64,000 nucleotides of DNA from Mytilus edulis (GCF_963676685.1 NC_092354.1:22816001-22880000); one strand, 5' to 3'; positions 13,371 through 27,769 are shown, numbered from the stretch's first letter. The notes: generated by a model not told the origin, from the sequence alone. Numbers and translations are program-made.

Positions 13371-14365
13371 ATTATGTAAGTATGTCACAAATGAAGATGC
13401 AATCATTGAATATTTTTAGTTGCTCACTTATCAAATTTGATATATGTATTTAAGAGACAACAACTACCAGAACCATGTTATAAAAAAATAGTTAATTTAA
13501 TTTATAAAATAAATGCAACAGAATTCCACCAAAAAAGGAGGGAAATCAGCAAACTGCTTCATATTTTAAAATAATAATTCAATACTTATACTTATATGAT
13601 GGTTAATTTGTCTTAATTTTTTATATTAACAGATGTTGGTTCACAGGCACAAACCAGTAGCAGTAGTGCTAATTCATCTTTTGCATCAAATGGGAAGAAA
13701 AGAGGTAATCATATTGTGCTTTTGCCATAAAAATAGATAAAATCATCAATAATTCTGAGAGTATTTCTTGTGCAATACAGTATCCCCTATTGGCTGTCAA
13801 AAGTAAACATGTTTTGCAATCTTAATATATTAAGAGCCATTAATATCACAAATTTAACTTTATCAACATGCAACTCAAATTTGATCTGTTGCTGGTAATT
13901 ATATAACATACATGGCACCCAAAACAAAACTTTGAATAAAGCATTTAAAAATCTGTAAAATTTTAGTGTTAATCAATACAACTTTGTTGGCAGAAATGAA
14001 AGTTTGTCGTTTACAAAACAAAAAAATTATAAAATGTAACAAAAATGTTTTAACTTTAAGTATTTTTCTTTTCACTATTAATGTTTTAACTATATATTTA
14101 TATATTTTATAGCTGCCATCAGTAATGAAAATGCTTCCTCTGAGAGGTATTTCATACTTAAAGCAAGTAAACTCCAAAAAGTAGAGGAGATGCTAGAAAT
14201 GCAGAGAAGGTCTACTGTGGCCCTGGAAGCCATTAGAGCGTCACAGCACAGAGAACAGCAGTGCGGGATAGATCTGCAGTGTTTGTCTCCAGTCATTAAA
14301 TTTTCTGAAAGTTATTTTGATTTTTTTTTTGGTATTTTGAAAAATTAATCACTGTATAATCAGTG

Positions 14366-16293
14366 TCATCCAAAATTTTTTTGGACTCAAAATCTCTGTG
14401 TTAATATAGCATTTGCCTCATTATTTGGTTGGTCATCATTTATAATGTTATGATGTCCTAACTCTTGGATATCCTCATCCTCAGGCACTGGCAGACCATC
14501 ACTACATGCCTTGTTGTGTAGTCTAAAACAAGCCCCAATCAGCTTACAACACTTAGGAGGGTTGAATTGGAGTGACCCACCGGTTTTTTGTAGACATCTG
14601 TAAATAAAAAAGGTTTAATATGTTTAAATTGGATACTAAAATTGAGAATGGAAATGTTTATATTTTGAATTAATATTCCACTACTACTATTAAAAGGTTT
14701 TTTTCAATAATTATTCCATCTCCTGGTGTTGTAAGCAATAGTCAATTTGCCAATTACCAATTTGATTCTGTTATTACACACCCATTTATTAATAATGAAA
14801 TTCTGACAATTTAATAAGTCATTTTTGAAACAGAAAGTAAGATAAAAGCAAAACAGCTTTTATCAAGTATTAAAGATTACCTGAAGCGAGCTTTAAGAAC
14901 ACCAAATGCCCTCTCTACCGTATTCCTGGTCTTGCAATGAGATTTGTTGTAGGCTATTTCTTTCTGTGAATTGGGATTTAATAAGGGTGTCATTAGCCAT
15001 TTCTTTAATCCATATCCGGAATCCCCAAGAAGCCATCCATTCTGACCCTCCATTATTGTAGGAATATTGGAATTGGCCAGAATGAAGGCATCATGGGTGG
15101 CTCCAGGCCACCTAACAACTGTGTTTGTAAACCTTTTAAATAAAATATAGAAGAAACACTTTATTACTAAAAAAAAATCATGATCATAGATACTTATATT
15201 ATTGCAACTTGAACATTTTCATTGGTTCCTGTTCAGGTTATGTTAATTGGCTATTTATTTTCAAATATCTATGCTAGCAGAAACCTAGTTTTTTTTTGGT
15301 TTGATGGTCCCACCCGTTTTTTAAAAGCTTCCAATACCACAAATAGAAGGTTGAGCTTATTTTGGGGGTCATTTCCTTATAGATATAGGAAGATGCGGTG
15401 TAAGTGCCAAAGAGACAACTCTCCATCCAAATAACAATTTAAAAAAAAAGTAAACCATTATAGGTCAAAGTACGGCCTTCAACACAGAACCGTGGCTCAC
15501 ACCGAACAACAAGCTATAAAGGGCCCCAAAATTACTAGTGTAAAACCATTCAAACGGGAAAATCAAAGGTCTAATCTATATAAAAAAAACAACAAAAAAA
15601 AACACCTTTTTTTAGGAATAAGGCAAAAAAGGAGCATTTTTTAAGTTTTTAGACATTGCTATTTGGGCTTTGATCAATGTTGAAGGTGAGGTATAGACTA
15701 TAGTTGTTAATTTCTGTGTCATTGGTCTCTTGTAAAGAGTTGTCTCATTGGTAATCACACCATATCTTCTTTTTTATTTTGAATAAGAATCAGTGGAAAA
15801 GGAGAATATGTCAAAGAAATTCTATGTACATGTAAATAAGTACACGCTCTTATTTTCGAAAATTCACGGATTTTATTTAGCTTTAAAATTTCTAATATCA
15901 ATGTTGTTGTTATTTTGTTTAATTACTGAATAAGGAACTTATAAAAATAACTTACTTCAATTCTGCATCACAGATGGCCTGTACATTTATGGCGTGGTAT
16001 TGTTTCCTGCAAACACAATTTGGCTCATCAACTCCTGACATCCCTTTGATAGGAATCAGCGTTCCATCAATGGCACCCAACACATTTGGGAAACTGCTTA
16101 TTTCAAAAAATCTCTGCTTTATCTTCCTCTGTTCTTCTTCCCCTCTTGGGAACTGGATGTTCTGGATTCTATCACACATAGCATTGCAAACAGACTGGAC
16201 TATTCTTGATGCAGAGGCAATGGAGATACCATGCAAATCGGCAACTTCGGACAAAAAGTCGCCCTTTGCTAATATTCTCAATGTTGTCATGAC
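14366..16293 (-). pseudogene. PIF/Harbinger DDE transposase (HARBI1-like), element H1; first exon missing
   Basis: Exons 16293-15956, 15132-14881, 14597-14366 splice in phase. Motifs GAIDGTLI, WPGATHD, LLGDSGY, VERAFGVLKARFRCL, LHN. Confidence 0.9.
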
Positions 16294-16495
16294 CTACGAA
16301 AAAGAAAAAAAGTATATATTATATATATTACACCTAAATCAATATGTAGTACACAACCGGCAATTCCCGGTGTACGAGGATATACAATGAGTGGGTAAAT
16401 AGGAAAACAATATAAATGTGTTATTCAGAATATTACTCGCAGAAATTAAGCCCTGCAACTTGTTAGATTTTTCCAGAGACACATATGTGTATATA

Positions 16496-18020
16496 TGTAA
16501 CACTCAGAAACGTGTCCTTGCCCCCAAACGTGTCCGAATCCCCCAAACGTGTCCACATTGACGTCACTGAACTGCAAAACATGTCTAGTTAAAAACATCG
16601 CCAACGCGTGTGATTGTATAAACGCCCAAAGTGTCCATTTCTCAACTAACCCCCAAACGTGTCCAATCCCAAAAACGTATCCATATCAAGTGTTATTTGG
16701 TTATTGCTATTTCATTAACGTATACTAATTTTACCATTTCATTAAAAATATAATAGATCAGGTACTTTTTTAAACCGGCCGAAAAAAACAGGTAAAAGTG
16801 GGGCTATGTCGTATGTAAAGTGTAAGCAAACATGATTAGTAACGTTAAACTCTACAGTGAACGGATGAAAGTGTCCCTTTCTCTGCACATTAAAAAATGT
16901 ATGTTCTCTCTAAATATTGTGAAACACCGGCAACTGGACGATCAACAGTCTAAAGTAAATCTATACAATACAAATGTAAACAGATAAATACTTGCAACTG
17001 GACAATACGCAATCATCAGTTTAAAGACAATTTAAACAGTATAGAACAGTAAAATCATTAAAACATGCATGTTCTCTAAATATGCATGAAATACTTGCAA
17101 CTGGAAATACGCTATCAACAGTATAAAGTTAATTTATACAGCAAATGTAAAACTATTTTGCTCTAAATATGCATGGAGTACTTGCAACTGGATAATACGC
17201 TAGCAACAGTCTAGAAAGTGAATTTATACAGTACAAATTAAATTTACAATTACGGTAACCACTAATAACCGGCGTTGATCACATAACATTCATATTGACC
17301 AATAAAAAGAATCTATAAAACCAATGCATGAAATATTTGGCACTGGACGTTATGTCTCTTGATCGCGTGTCTTTATTGATGCTGGAAACCTAAAAGTTAT
17401 ATAAAAAAAAAACGGATAACCAGTTTATGATTTGATGAGTTTCTGAAATACACACAAATTCAGATAGAGAACTATTAACAAAAGTAAGTAAAAAAAAAAT
17501 CCTGCTTAACGTCCGCCAGGCAATATTCGGATAAATATAAAAAGAATCATCGGAGTTTATAAGTACAAAATAATTTACAAAGTCACTGATTAATTCAGCT
17601 CTATAATTGTGTCCAGGTTCGCTCTCAATGAGTTTGAAATACTTGCAACTGAACAATAAGCAATTTCAGTCAAAAATTAATTAGATTTTGAATTATGATA
17701 TTCATTAAAAACCTACATTTAGTTAACTAAAGCTCATAAATGAAAACTTTGTCACCTATATGTCCCCATCATAAAATTGCCGTAAACGTGATCAGCGATT
17801 TTATTTAGGAGATACATGTATTAACGTTAAAAGACACGAGACGTTCTGGCGTTAAATATTGGACACGTTTTGGCGAATAACAATTATCGGACACGTTTGG
17901 GGGTTTTGAAATCGGACACGTTTGGGGAATATTGTACATTTCGGACATGTTTAGGGAGAAAAGACACGTTTGGGGGAATCGGACACGTTTGGGGGGAAGG
18001 ACACGTTTGGGAGTGTTACA
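16496..18020. mobile_element. Non-autonomous DNA transposon with TGTAACACTC TIRs and AAACGTGTCC subterminal arrays
   Basis: TATA|TGTAACACTC ... GAGTGTTACA|TATA; multiple CCCCAAACGTGTCC on the left and GGACACGTTTGG on the right; internal TACTTGCAACTGGA tandem units at 16930-17230. Confidence 0.85.
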
Positions 18021-18034
18021 TATATGTCTCTGGA

Positions 18035-18215
18035 CTGGGTTGCACAATCGTCTATTAAGTTAATAGACTATTAACTCCTAATAGACTATTAAATATCTAA
18101 TTGACTATTAGTTAATAGAGTGAGTTAATAGCATTGCACGAATCACTATTAAGGCTTCTATTAACTAATAGACTTTTAAGTGACTATTAAGGTTTAATAG
18201 TCAATTAAGTCCTTC
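18035..18215 (+). repeat. Left terminus and subterminal palindromic repeats of Harbinger element H2
   Basis: CTGGGTTGCACAATCG start, second TTGCACGAATC, repeated CTATTAA/TTAATAG palindromic units just upstream of the Myb/SANT gene. Confidence 0.65.
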
Positions 18216-20079
18216 ATCATTCCCAGTATTCATTGTAACGTCATGAAGCACGCGAATTTTCGTGAATTTCTGCATTTTCACGACGTCGTCACAATTTCCC
18301 GGATTTTTTCACGACGTCATTTAAAATATGGACGCTGAAAAGAAGAAAAGACGCTCAAACTGGGATTCATCAGAAATTTCATAGCTTAGACAGTTATTTG
18401 AGAAAAATCTATTTACTATAAGGAGCAAATTTTCCAACAGTTTAACAAATAAATCAAAAGTTGAGGTTTGGAGAGGAATAACGGTACAGATAAATGCACT
18501 GGGGTTACATGGTAGGACGGTGGCAGAAGTGAAAGTCAAATGGCAAAACATGCAGTCAAATGCCAAAAAGACGTATCAAGATGTTAAGAAACACACCCAT
18601 CAAACCGGCGGAGGACCACCAGCAACACCTATCAACCAGGAAAGTAAAAAAATCATCGAAATGATGAAAGACACTTCAAGTTTTGTCGGTTTGACAGGAG
18701 AAGAAAGTCCCGTGGACGAAGGTACTTTGATATTTTATCTGCGAATAATATTTAAAAGATTGATATTTCAACTCTCAAGCTTATAGTTTATTCCACATTA
18801 TCCTTTTGAATACGGTCAACTTCATCTTAAAATATGTATAGCCGTAGACATTTAACATTTCACGTAGTAAATTTGTCAAAAATATTAGCAGTAAAACGGC
18901 TTTTTAATCACAAGATCTTTTTAAAAATACTTTGAACTTAATCAAGAGTTAGAAATTATATATTATAATGTGACGGTACCCAAATTGCACCTCGACTTTT
19001 TGTGAATGTCGCATGGTGGCGTTTTCGTACATTTTTCTTTTCCAGCGAAAGCTTCATCTGTTGCTACAAAATATGAACATTAAGTGTATATTTGAATATA
19101 TCCATCTATTTTATAAGACGTGTATAATGTTAAACAATCAAGTACAATGTATACAAATTGTTTAGTCTCAAAGAAAACTGTTAAGAAATTCTCAGCTGTT
19201 TATGATCAAAAAGTGAATACATCTTGTTTCATCCATTTCCTATGTTTGTGGTCAAATTGTGTTGATTTTCTTATACATGTATTGTCTTATATTTTGGGCA
19301 ATACATAGCTTGCCGATATTGTGTTAAGATTGTATTCGTATGCTCTGTTCATACTGTTAATTCTAGAATAGTTGAATTATCGACATTTTACCCCTCATCT
19401 CCTTTATCATTTTTATATCTTAGCTATGGAAAAAACCCAATATTTTTTAATCTCTTTCTTACAGTTGATCTGACAAAGAAAGCCAAATATATGCATAAAG
19501 AGATCAAGAACTTCCTAGCAAATTATAATTCTAGTTGTTCGAAACAACTCCCAAGAGCAAATGATGTCCATTTGATTCCGTTTTTGGAACCCTCTACCAA
19601 TGATGATGATAAATTTTCCGAGTACCAAATCGATGAGCTTGCAAATTTCCTTTGTGCCAATTACCCCAGATTGCAGGATATTTCCTCACAAGACGTCTCT
19701 TCTCTTTTGCACAATACTGTGCAGTTTATCATCAATTACAGGCAAGAAGGTAATTTGTTAATTTCTTGCCAATAAGGGAGCTACCATTTCATTTGGGGGG
19801 GGGGGGGGGGGTAGGATGAAATTTGAAAAAAAGGCAGGAAAGATTTTACAACTTTTGAATTTTCCCAAGCTTGAAAATATATGAATAGGTCGAGAAAACT
19901 ATCAGAAATAAATGATTAGTTCAATAAACTTATAAAGGTCCCACAATGTCTCCTTCTATCATATCTCTTTTGTGGTTTTTTTTTTACATAAAGTAATTTT
20001 TTTTTTTTGCTGAAGAAAAATTTTCCTCAAAATAGGTCCTATAGAACGGTCATTCTGGCGTGACGCAATTTATTGAATG

Positions 20080-20730
20080 ACGTCATTGTTTGGTATGTGA
20101 CGTCACGAACGTCAAGTTTTCATATTTTCACACTAAATGGAACTATAAAAAATACAATAATAAACAAAATATTTTTTAACACCAGCACGCAAATTGTAAG
20201 GTAACCTCGGTGCTTCGGATAAGTAATTGAGCAGTTCTTTTAAGGCCTTTCAAACAAGAAAAAAAGTAGAACTGAAGATAACCCAGTGCTGAGGGGGAGG
20301 ACAGGGGGGGTACCCTTCTCCCACCCCTCTTCTCCTTTCTCCTACCCCGTTCTCCTTTCTCCCATTAGAATAAAACATCTCCTTTTGAGATATTTTTTCT
20401 TGAAATATTAGAAATTTTTTTAAAAGGAGAGATATTTTATTTTTTCTCCTTTCTCCCAGCCTTCCTCTCCTTTCTCCTACCCCCTTTCTCCCTGTCTCCC
20501 TTACCCCTGTCCTCCCCCTCAGTGCTATGGATCAGAAAACAGTTCATATAATATAATACTCTTCTGTTGAAATATATGATAAAGCTTATAAAACATGGCA
20601 AAATCCGTATCACATGCCGTATCACCCTCGACCAATTTCATCCCTCGAGCCTAAAGGCCCTTGGGCTGATATTGGTGTCTCGGGATGATACGACATATGA
20701 TACGGATTTTTCCATGTATTATTCTCTATA
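20080..20730 (-). mobile_element. Non-autonomous element with long terminal hairpin (second copy 43385-43810, opposite orientation)
   Basis: CATGGCAAAATCCGTATCA..TGATACGGATTTT(T/G)CCATG hairpin with GC-rich loop; colinear reverse-complement match to 43385-43810. Confidence 0.8.
20291..20520. mobile_element. 230-bp MITE nested in the hairpin element
   Basis: TIR GAGGGGGAGGACAGGGG/CCCCTGTCCTCCCCCTC, flanked by AGTGCT on both sides; absent from the 43.6-kb copy. Confidence 0.85.
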
Positions 20731-22454
20731 TATTGTGTGAAAAAGGTGGATAACAGAGCCCCACCGAATCCCTTGTTAATTCAGTACTGTAGTAGGCTCC
20801 TACCCCTCCCCTCCAATCCTAGGATTTGATACTAATAAAAAGAAATAGGACAAGGCATTTTCATCTACCTGTAAATGAAGATGGGGAACATACCATATTC
20901 AAAATATAATAATTTTGCGTTTTTTTTTCTCTTATTCTGCGTCAACTATTTGAAATTAAGCACATTGTGTCGATGTACATTTGCAAACAGTAGAAATTTA
21001 AAATTGATTTAGTACTTGCAATTTATTTACAGTTGTGTATGATACAGCAGAAAAAATACCAATAAACACAGATGGAGAAGAGATCGACGAAGACCAATCA
21101 AGCCTGCCACCAACTCCAGTTCAACCAATAATTAGGTATGCTTAATTTGAATTAAATAAGTTTATATAATTCTTATATGATTAACATATTAGGGAATATG
21201 TTTATCTGATTTAATCGAGATGGCTTCCGGTACAGAATTTTGATGTTATTTATTTTTCTATGGACGACTTGGATGACGTTGACCTAACTACTTTCATATA
21301 AGTATAGTATTGTTCTTATAAATGAACAATGTCGTCACACAAAAACTGCCGTAGAAGAAAGAATTTGTCCTTTGTGTCTTTTGAAAGTAGAAGATGAATT
21401 TAATTTCACAATAAAATGTACAAAACTAATATAGATATATTGTGAGAAGAATTGTTTTCCAAAATTAGTGAAATAGTTCCCTCTTTTCTAAATCATTTGT
21501 AAATATGACTAATGAAGGCTTCAAGCACTTATAAAATTTTGGTATATATATATGTGTGGTGAGATTGATTAGATTAAATGTATTGTAAAATTCATAAGCG
21601 ACAGGTACAATTCTAGAAATGATGTATAGGGAACGGAATATCTTTGTGGTACCACCTCCTCTCAGAGGTTATATACATTTTATCGAATTATTAAAGTAAC
21701 AATATCTTCTTCTGATAATGGAGTGAATCTAAATACATGTTTATAAATGTGGTCATATGTACTAGTATATGTTTGAGTATAACCAATGTTAATTTTGTCT
21801 TATCCTGAACAATTTACACTTCTATGATAAAGGTTAACATGGTTAAAATTGTATATGATATGCCCACTTAGGGCCATAACTTGGTGCATGCAGAGATTGT
21901 ATTCAGAAATTTTATTGTCAATAAAATGGGGTTAACCGATCGGAAGCTCATTTTGTATGAAACCCTGTCTTGTATACATTGTGTATATATAGTAACGTTT
22001 CATTCTATATGTTGTATATTTTAGCATCAGCATGTTAGACAAGGATAAGGATCCCTTATTGCCGGTAAATCCACATAAACGACCACTGAAGAGTTTTTCT
22101 TGTCCCATTATAGAGAAAAAGATAAAACCAGAAGATGTAGTTGTAAAGCAGCATGAAGTGTTATGTAAACAGTCAGAATATTATGACTTAAAAAACCAAA
22201 AGCTAAAAATTGAAATAGCCATTCTTAGGTCACAGATGGACAAACATGAATTGGCTTCCTCAGTATGCGATTTGTTTGGACTTGAACTTTAAAAGATTTT
22301 TGCTCGTGTACGTATGAGCTTGTGTGTGTTTACGTGTGTGTGTGAGTGTGTGTTTATTGGTTAATTTACATGTTTCAATTGTACAACAAAATTTTACTAA
22401 AAAATGATGATTTTTTATGATATTTTATTTGTATTTTACTCGCTATGTGCGTGT

Positions 22455-25400
22455 TTAACCAAAGAATGCTCTGCAAATATGGTCACGTACAGTACGACCT
22501 TCCTCTGGACCTCTAAAGGGTATATCTATGCACGAATCATCAACCTCATCAGCATCATCCATTGGTTCCTTCAAGTTTATAGCGATGTTGTGGAGCACCG
22601 CACATGCCATAATCATAGTGCAAGCCTTTTCTGGGTGAACACGTACTCCAGAATGTAAACAGTTGAATCTTTTTTTCCACCAGCCGAAAGTCCTTTCAAT
22701 ACAACATCTGGTCTTAGTATGTGCTCTATTAAACCTTTCATGGCAATCCTCTGTCGGTCTCATGAACGGTGTCATCAAAAAGCTTTTGCATCCATAACCG
22801 CTATCACCTAAGACAATTCCATTCTCAACACGCTTATGCGTTAACTCCAGATGTTCCAGAATTTTCGAGCATCTTAAGATGTGGCTGTCATGCACACTGC
22901 CTGGCCATCTGGCTACCAGATTTGTGAAACGACCTGAAAGAGTTTTTGTTTGCTATGGATTTTTGTTGGTTAATTCTTAAAATAAGTGCACCCGTCCCCG
23001 ATCATTATTTTAAACTTATAAAAAATAAGCTCGAGATTTCTTTTCTGCAAGGTATATTTTCTTATCTTTGATCCTTGAACTTATACAAAATACATTAAGC
23101 TCATAAACCGTATTTACACAGAAGAAGTTAAAAGGGATTAAAGTAAATAAGCAGAGAAAAATGCCTCAGGCTATACATGTATACAGGGCTTACATAGAAT
23201 AGAACAAGGGTTGTATTATTGTTCTTCATCTTCCGTCAAATAAAAGAAACTATTGTATCTGTGTAAAATGACCAACAAAATAATCCGAAACGGTACTGCT
23301 GCATGATCTTTTTTTTATATACACTTACTAGATCAAGCAGGCAACAATTACCAAAAAGAAATGAATGTGCATTTTTGCAATATTGTACGATAACCTTAGC
23401 TCGCGTCATTTGGTTAAGTGGACATTTATAAAGAGATAAATGGGTTAACTGTGCCATGTTACATATTTGTTTTTCGTTCATTTTTTACGGTTTGGGCTTT
23501 GCTCATTGTTGAATGCTGTACAGTGATCTACATGTACCGTTGTTTATTTCCGTGTCATTTTGTCTCTTGTTTAGAGTTGTCTCGTTCGAAATCATACCAC
23601 ATCTTCTTTTTATACATTATAAGGTATTACACATTATTTTACACGCTATCCATGGAAAAAATTCTTCTTTAATATGAGCATAGAACGAATACTTTATATC
23701 ACGGACAATAAACGTGGATACAAAAATAAACTGTTATCACAGAGATATGTCTCGCCTTTTTGTAATTTTGATAATGCAAATGTTGAAATTAAAATAGCAA
23801 TACTTTAACATGTAAGTTTTGGAAATATTAAAAGTCGATGAACAATGACTGAAGGTACATGGCTAAACAATCTCCATGGAATGAGATGTGCCAATGCTGA
23901 TACAACTGCATACCAAATATCATTGACCTACCACTATTAGTTCCCCATAAGTTGACCTAATCACAAACTAATACATGTAATCTATGAAAAGATTCAAAGT
24001 CAATAGACCTTGACTAAGGGGGTGGGGCAAAACAATCTCCATGGTAATGAGATGTTACCAATGCTAATACAACTGCATACCAAATATCATTGACCTACCA
24101 CTAGTGGTTCATCATGAACAAGACCTAATCACAAACTAATACATTGTTGACGCCGTCGCCGCCGTTGCCGACGCCGGAAACAGCATACCTATGTCTCGCT
24201 TTTCGTCAAGGCGAGACAAAAAAATGAAAACTTAGCAAATTTGTTAATCACGCATTGCCTGAATGAAAAAAATGTGTTGCATTTCAGTAATTTTAATACG
24301 TGTTCGTGGTTGATCGTAAACACGTTTAAATACAATATTTATTTATGTTGTCGGAAAAGTGAGGCTTTGTCGAGTTTTTCTCCTCTTTCGTGACGAGTAA
24401 AAATAATTTTATAATTTTAAATTTACCAACAATGTACATATATTGCGTTTATCCTGAAATTACTATTAAACATTTAGCTATTAAATCTAAATCAGTGTTT
24501 CTGATTCTCATAGTTGAAACACGGTACGTGAAGAGCACCCCAAAGTGATTGATATATAACAATCTTTTATTCCAGACTGTATCAACTTGTTCAACAAGAT
24601 TTTTTTTATTCTAAATATGGCAAAATTAAACAGATACTTTCATCATTATGCTCCTGTTTCTCTTTTTGTCATGCACAGTTTCTGTCCAACGTCCATACAA
24701 AGGTTTGGTTAAGGTATTGATATTTAAAATAAACACCCTTTAACCACACACTTATCCTAAAGGAGGGAGGGGCAAGAGTGACACCAACGACGAAATTTAG
24801 AATTGCATATGTATTGCTTCTGCGACATATAAAAATGTCGCAGGCTCGCCAAAATTCAAACCACATATCAAATCACAGAATATAATTAATTCATTTAAAT
24901 AAACGGAAAGTTGGTAGAAATCTCTGAAAAAGCACAACTGGTAGATTCAGACTTTGAGAGACATTTAGTAAATCTATATAATATGATACCTTTTGTTCGA
25001 AAAGTAAAATTCGTCACTTTTATTCGCAATTTAAAAAAAAAGCTTTACAGAGCTGATGTACTATTTATAAGTAATTTGTATTTTATTTAGATTAAAATAT
25101 ATTTTTTATCAAAATTCCCCGGGCGTTTTGACGTAAACGTAGCTACTCGCCTGTTTGATTCCCACGTCTCTTCATGAATACATAGGTCCAAAGATTTAGA
25201 ATCTCGTCGATTTAAATACTAGACTAATTATATAAAGGTCCAATATGTCGTATAATCACTCATAAAGCATGTCATTACTAAATATACATATCTAATGTCA
25301 CAGTACCCAACTTGCACCGAGTACCAAAATTCAGTGATTCAGTATTGATATAGATATATAAATTGATGTACCTAATGTATTTAATAAAGATCGATATAGA

Positions 25401-25851
25401 TACTGCCTAGAAATCAAAAAAAAATAACGGAAACTTTTGTCTGGATCATAAATAAATGTAGATGAAAATTGTCCAAAATAGGTGCAATTTGGGTACGGTT
25501 CCGTTCAGTGTTACATTTACCCTCATGGTCACATATAGCCTGAACGTTTATACTGTGGTATCCTTTGCGGTTTACAAAGGACGGTTCATCTTGTGCAGGG
25601 GCCTGTATCCTCGCATGGGTGCCATCAATGCATCCTATAACTCCAGGAAATCCACCATTTTCATAATAACCATTTTTAATTTCTCGCTTTCTGTCTTCTG
25701 ATGGCCATTTAATGAAATCCCCTGCTTTAGAGGCAAGAACTGTGGAAACTCTAGTGATGCATCGGCTGACAGTTGATTTATCTACCCCGACCGTGTCTCC
25801 AACCACTTGCATAAAACTCCCCGTTGCATAATATCTCAGGGCAATAAGTAC
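22455..25851 (-). pseudogene. PIF/Harbinger DDE transposase (HARBI1-like), element H2; two open exons, first exon not found
   Basis: Exons 25851-25521 and 22933-22455 in phase. [48 protein letters not shown]. Confidence 0.9.
23740..24225 (-). mobile_element. HINE/Helentron-like repeat with internal tandem duplication
   Basis: Two ~165-bp units (AAACAATCTCCATGG..GACCTAATCACAAACT), GCC/GAC microsatellite, terminal TGTCTCGC..GCGAGACA hairpin. Confidence 0.55.
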
Positions 25852-26047
25852 CTGTTCGATGGGAATACATAGTTTCATGTACATACATCACATTATGATA
25901 AATGCATAACAAAATTATATATGCGATATTTTAGGAGTTTTTCAAATTATAAAACTGTGTCATTCCAAATAAATTTGCGTACATTAAAAATATTCCGAAA
26001 TTTTAATAAAAATGTGGGTTTAGTGTGGACCAGAATAAGGGCCTTTA

Positions 26048-27522
26048 GGGACTTATCATTATTTATCTTGGAAGGGGCTGGTCAAAATACAGGGGGGATC
26101 AAGTTTTTTTTATGTATGTGGAAAAGGGGGGTTCAAACTTTATATAAATTCAAAGTGGGGGGATCAATATTTTTTTGCACATGAAACTGAGTAGTTAAAA
26201 TACTTCAACAGACAAAATGCCAAAAAGAACATTACAACAGTTAAATGGAAACATATTTTTACCACCATTCATACAATAAAGTAAGACATCACAAGACTTT
26301 GTGGTGATGTAGTAAGCTATCATTTTGTGTCATGTTGTCCCATTTAGAATGCATAGGTGCTTCATCATGTTCATAACCCGATTAATCCAGTCGTTATATT
26401 ACACCACCTTCGATCACTACATTAACAAGCATTAGTGCCAACTTATGTTATAATAAGCTAAAAGTTTGAGAGAAATTAAGTATAACATAAAATGAAATCT
26501 ACAGCGATTTCTGCAAAACTTTGTCAAACAAATAAAATCACGCTGCATCATGAAAGAATATAGTGTAGAACAATAAGTTCTCCAATAAATGGCCAAATAT
26601 TCTGCATAAAACCAGTTGAATATTGATACAAAAGACGATTCTGAGATGACAACACCACTAATGCAACTTTTTGCTTTCATTATCAGTACAGATCCCTTTG
26701 GGTCCATTTATACCTCTCATTGCAAAGTTTGTACTTTTAAGGCTAATGAATCAAAATTTTGGGGTTACTATCACACATTTATAAATGAAATATGACAACA
26801 AATGAGTAATTGAATTGTTCTAAAAGCTGAAAGCATAAACTATCCATACAGGTATCAAAATTCACGTAAAACTTAAGTTTAGGCAGCATATAAGAGAGGG
26901 ACAATTTAATAGCACCTGATAACACCCGTAGTTTTGGTGGGGTTCGTGTTACTTATTCTTCAGTTTTCTATGTTGTGTCATGTGTACTATTGTCTGTCTG
27001 TCTGTCTGTTTGTCTATTTCATTTTTAGCCATGGCGTTGTCAGTTTATTTTCGATTTATGAGTTTGATTGTCCCTTTGGTATCTTTCGTCCCTCTTTTTT
27101 AATAGATCCTTCTTAGTAAATAATGTGCAGTTACTGTCTCAACAAGTTTATTCAATAGCCCAATAAAGGAAATTAGAAAAAATGATAGCTCCACAAAGCA
27201 CTGGCTTGCTCTACCCATTAATATTCATGAAAGAGTCCTATGTCAAGGCAATTTTCCTTCAAATATGGTTTTGGACTCAATTCACTGAAAATATTTCATG
27301 TTTGCAATATTTCTGTGAAATAACATGATTTATAAGTGTTTTGCATGTTAAAATTTTGGCATGTTTGATTAGGGGGGGTCACATTTGTTTATTTTTTTTA
27401 CAGGGGTGATCAAATAAAAACAGATAAATTTTATGGGGGGGGGGGGGGGGGTCAAGAAAATTTTATACTGTTGATTTCAAAATGACCCCCCCCCCTTTCC
27501 CAGGTAAATAATGATAAGTCCC
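26048..27522. mobile_element. 1.47-kb non-autonomous DNA transposon, TTA TSD (Harbinger/Tourist- or Zator-like)
   Basis: TTA|GGGACTTATCATTATTTA ... TAAATAATGATAAGTCCC|TTA. Confidence 0.85.
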
Positions 27523-27769
27523 TTATTGGACCTCCGGGATCGGCTATTTTTAAAATCGGGATTTCGGGATCCGGGCATATCTTTTTCAAATTTTGGGACG
27601 TCGGGATTTCCTGTTTTTACGCCCGGGATTTCGGTATCAGGACCCGTCATACCCCCTCATACTATGGAAGCGCGATGAAAAATGTTAACAACATTGTTCT
27701 CAATGGCTTTCACCCGCCGACCTTAACGACAGGTGGCGCAACTGTACTATCAGTTACAGAAAATCCAAT

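Larger units (their letters stand above)
9219..14347 (+). pseudogene. Harbinger accessory Myb/SANT-like DNA-binding protein gene (element H1)
   Basis: KRKPNWTQSELNAL..W-QDIQS..KTGGGP motif set. Exons ~9219-9376, 9818-9987, 10496-10616, 11259-11582, 12693-12803, 13634-13703, 14113-14347. Two compensating frameshifts in exon 2; TAA at 11270. Confidence 0.75.
18328..22292 (+). pseudogene. Harbinger accessory Myb/SANT-like protein gene (element H2)
   Basis: MDAEKKKRRSNWDSSEIS*..KVEVWRGI..RTVAEVKVKWQNM..QTGGGP; premature TAG at 18382. Exons 18328-18721, 19465-19749, 21033-21134, 22025-22292. Confidence 0.85.

Noticed and set aside
17860-18012. GGACACGTTTGG repeat-spacer pattern as CRISPR-like
   Set aside because: Mirrored at 16508-16680; these are subterminal repeats of a TIR element.
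14366-25851. Calling the transposases the host gene HARBI1
   Set aside because: Each is paired with a damaged Myb/SANT gene and truncated; they are TE copies, so no symbol was assigned.
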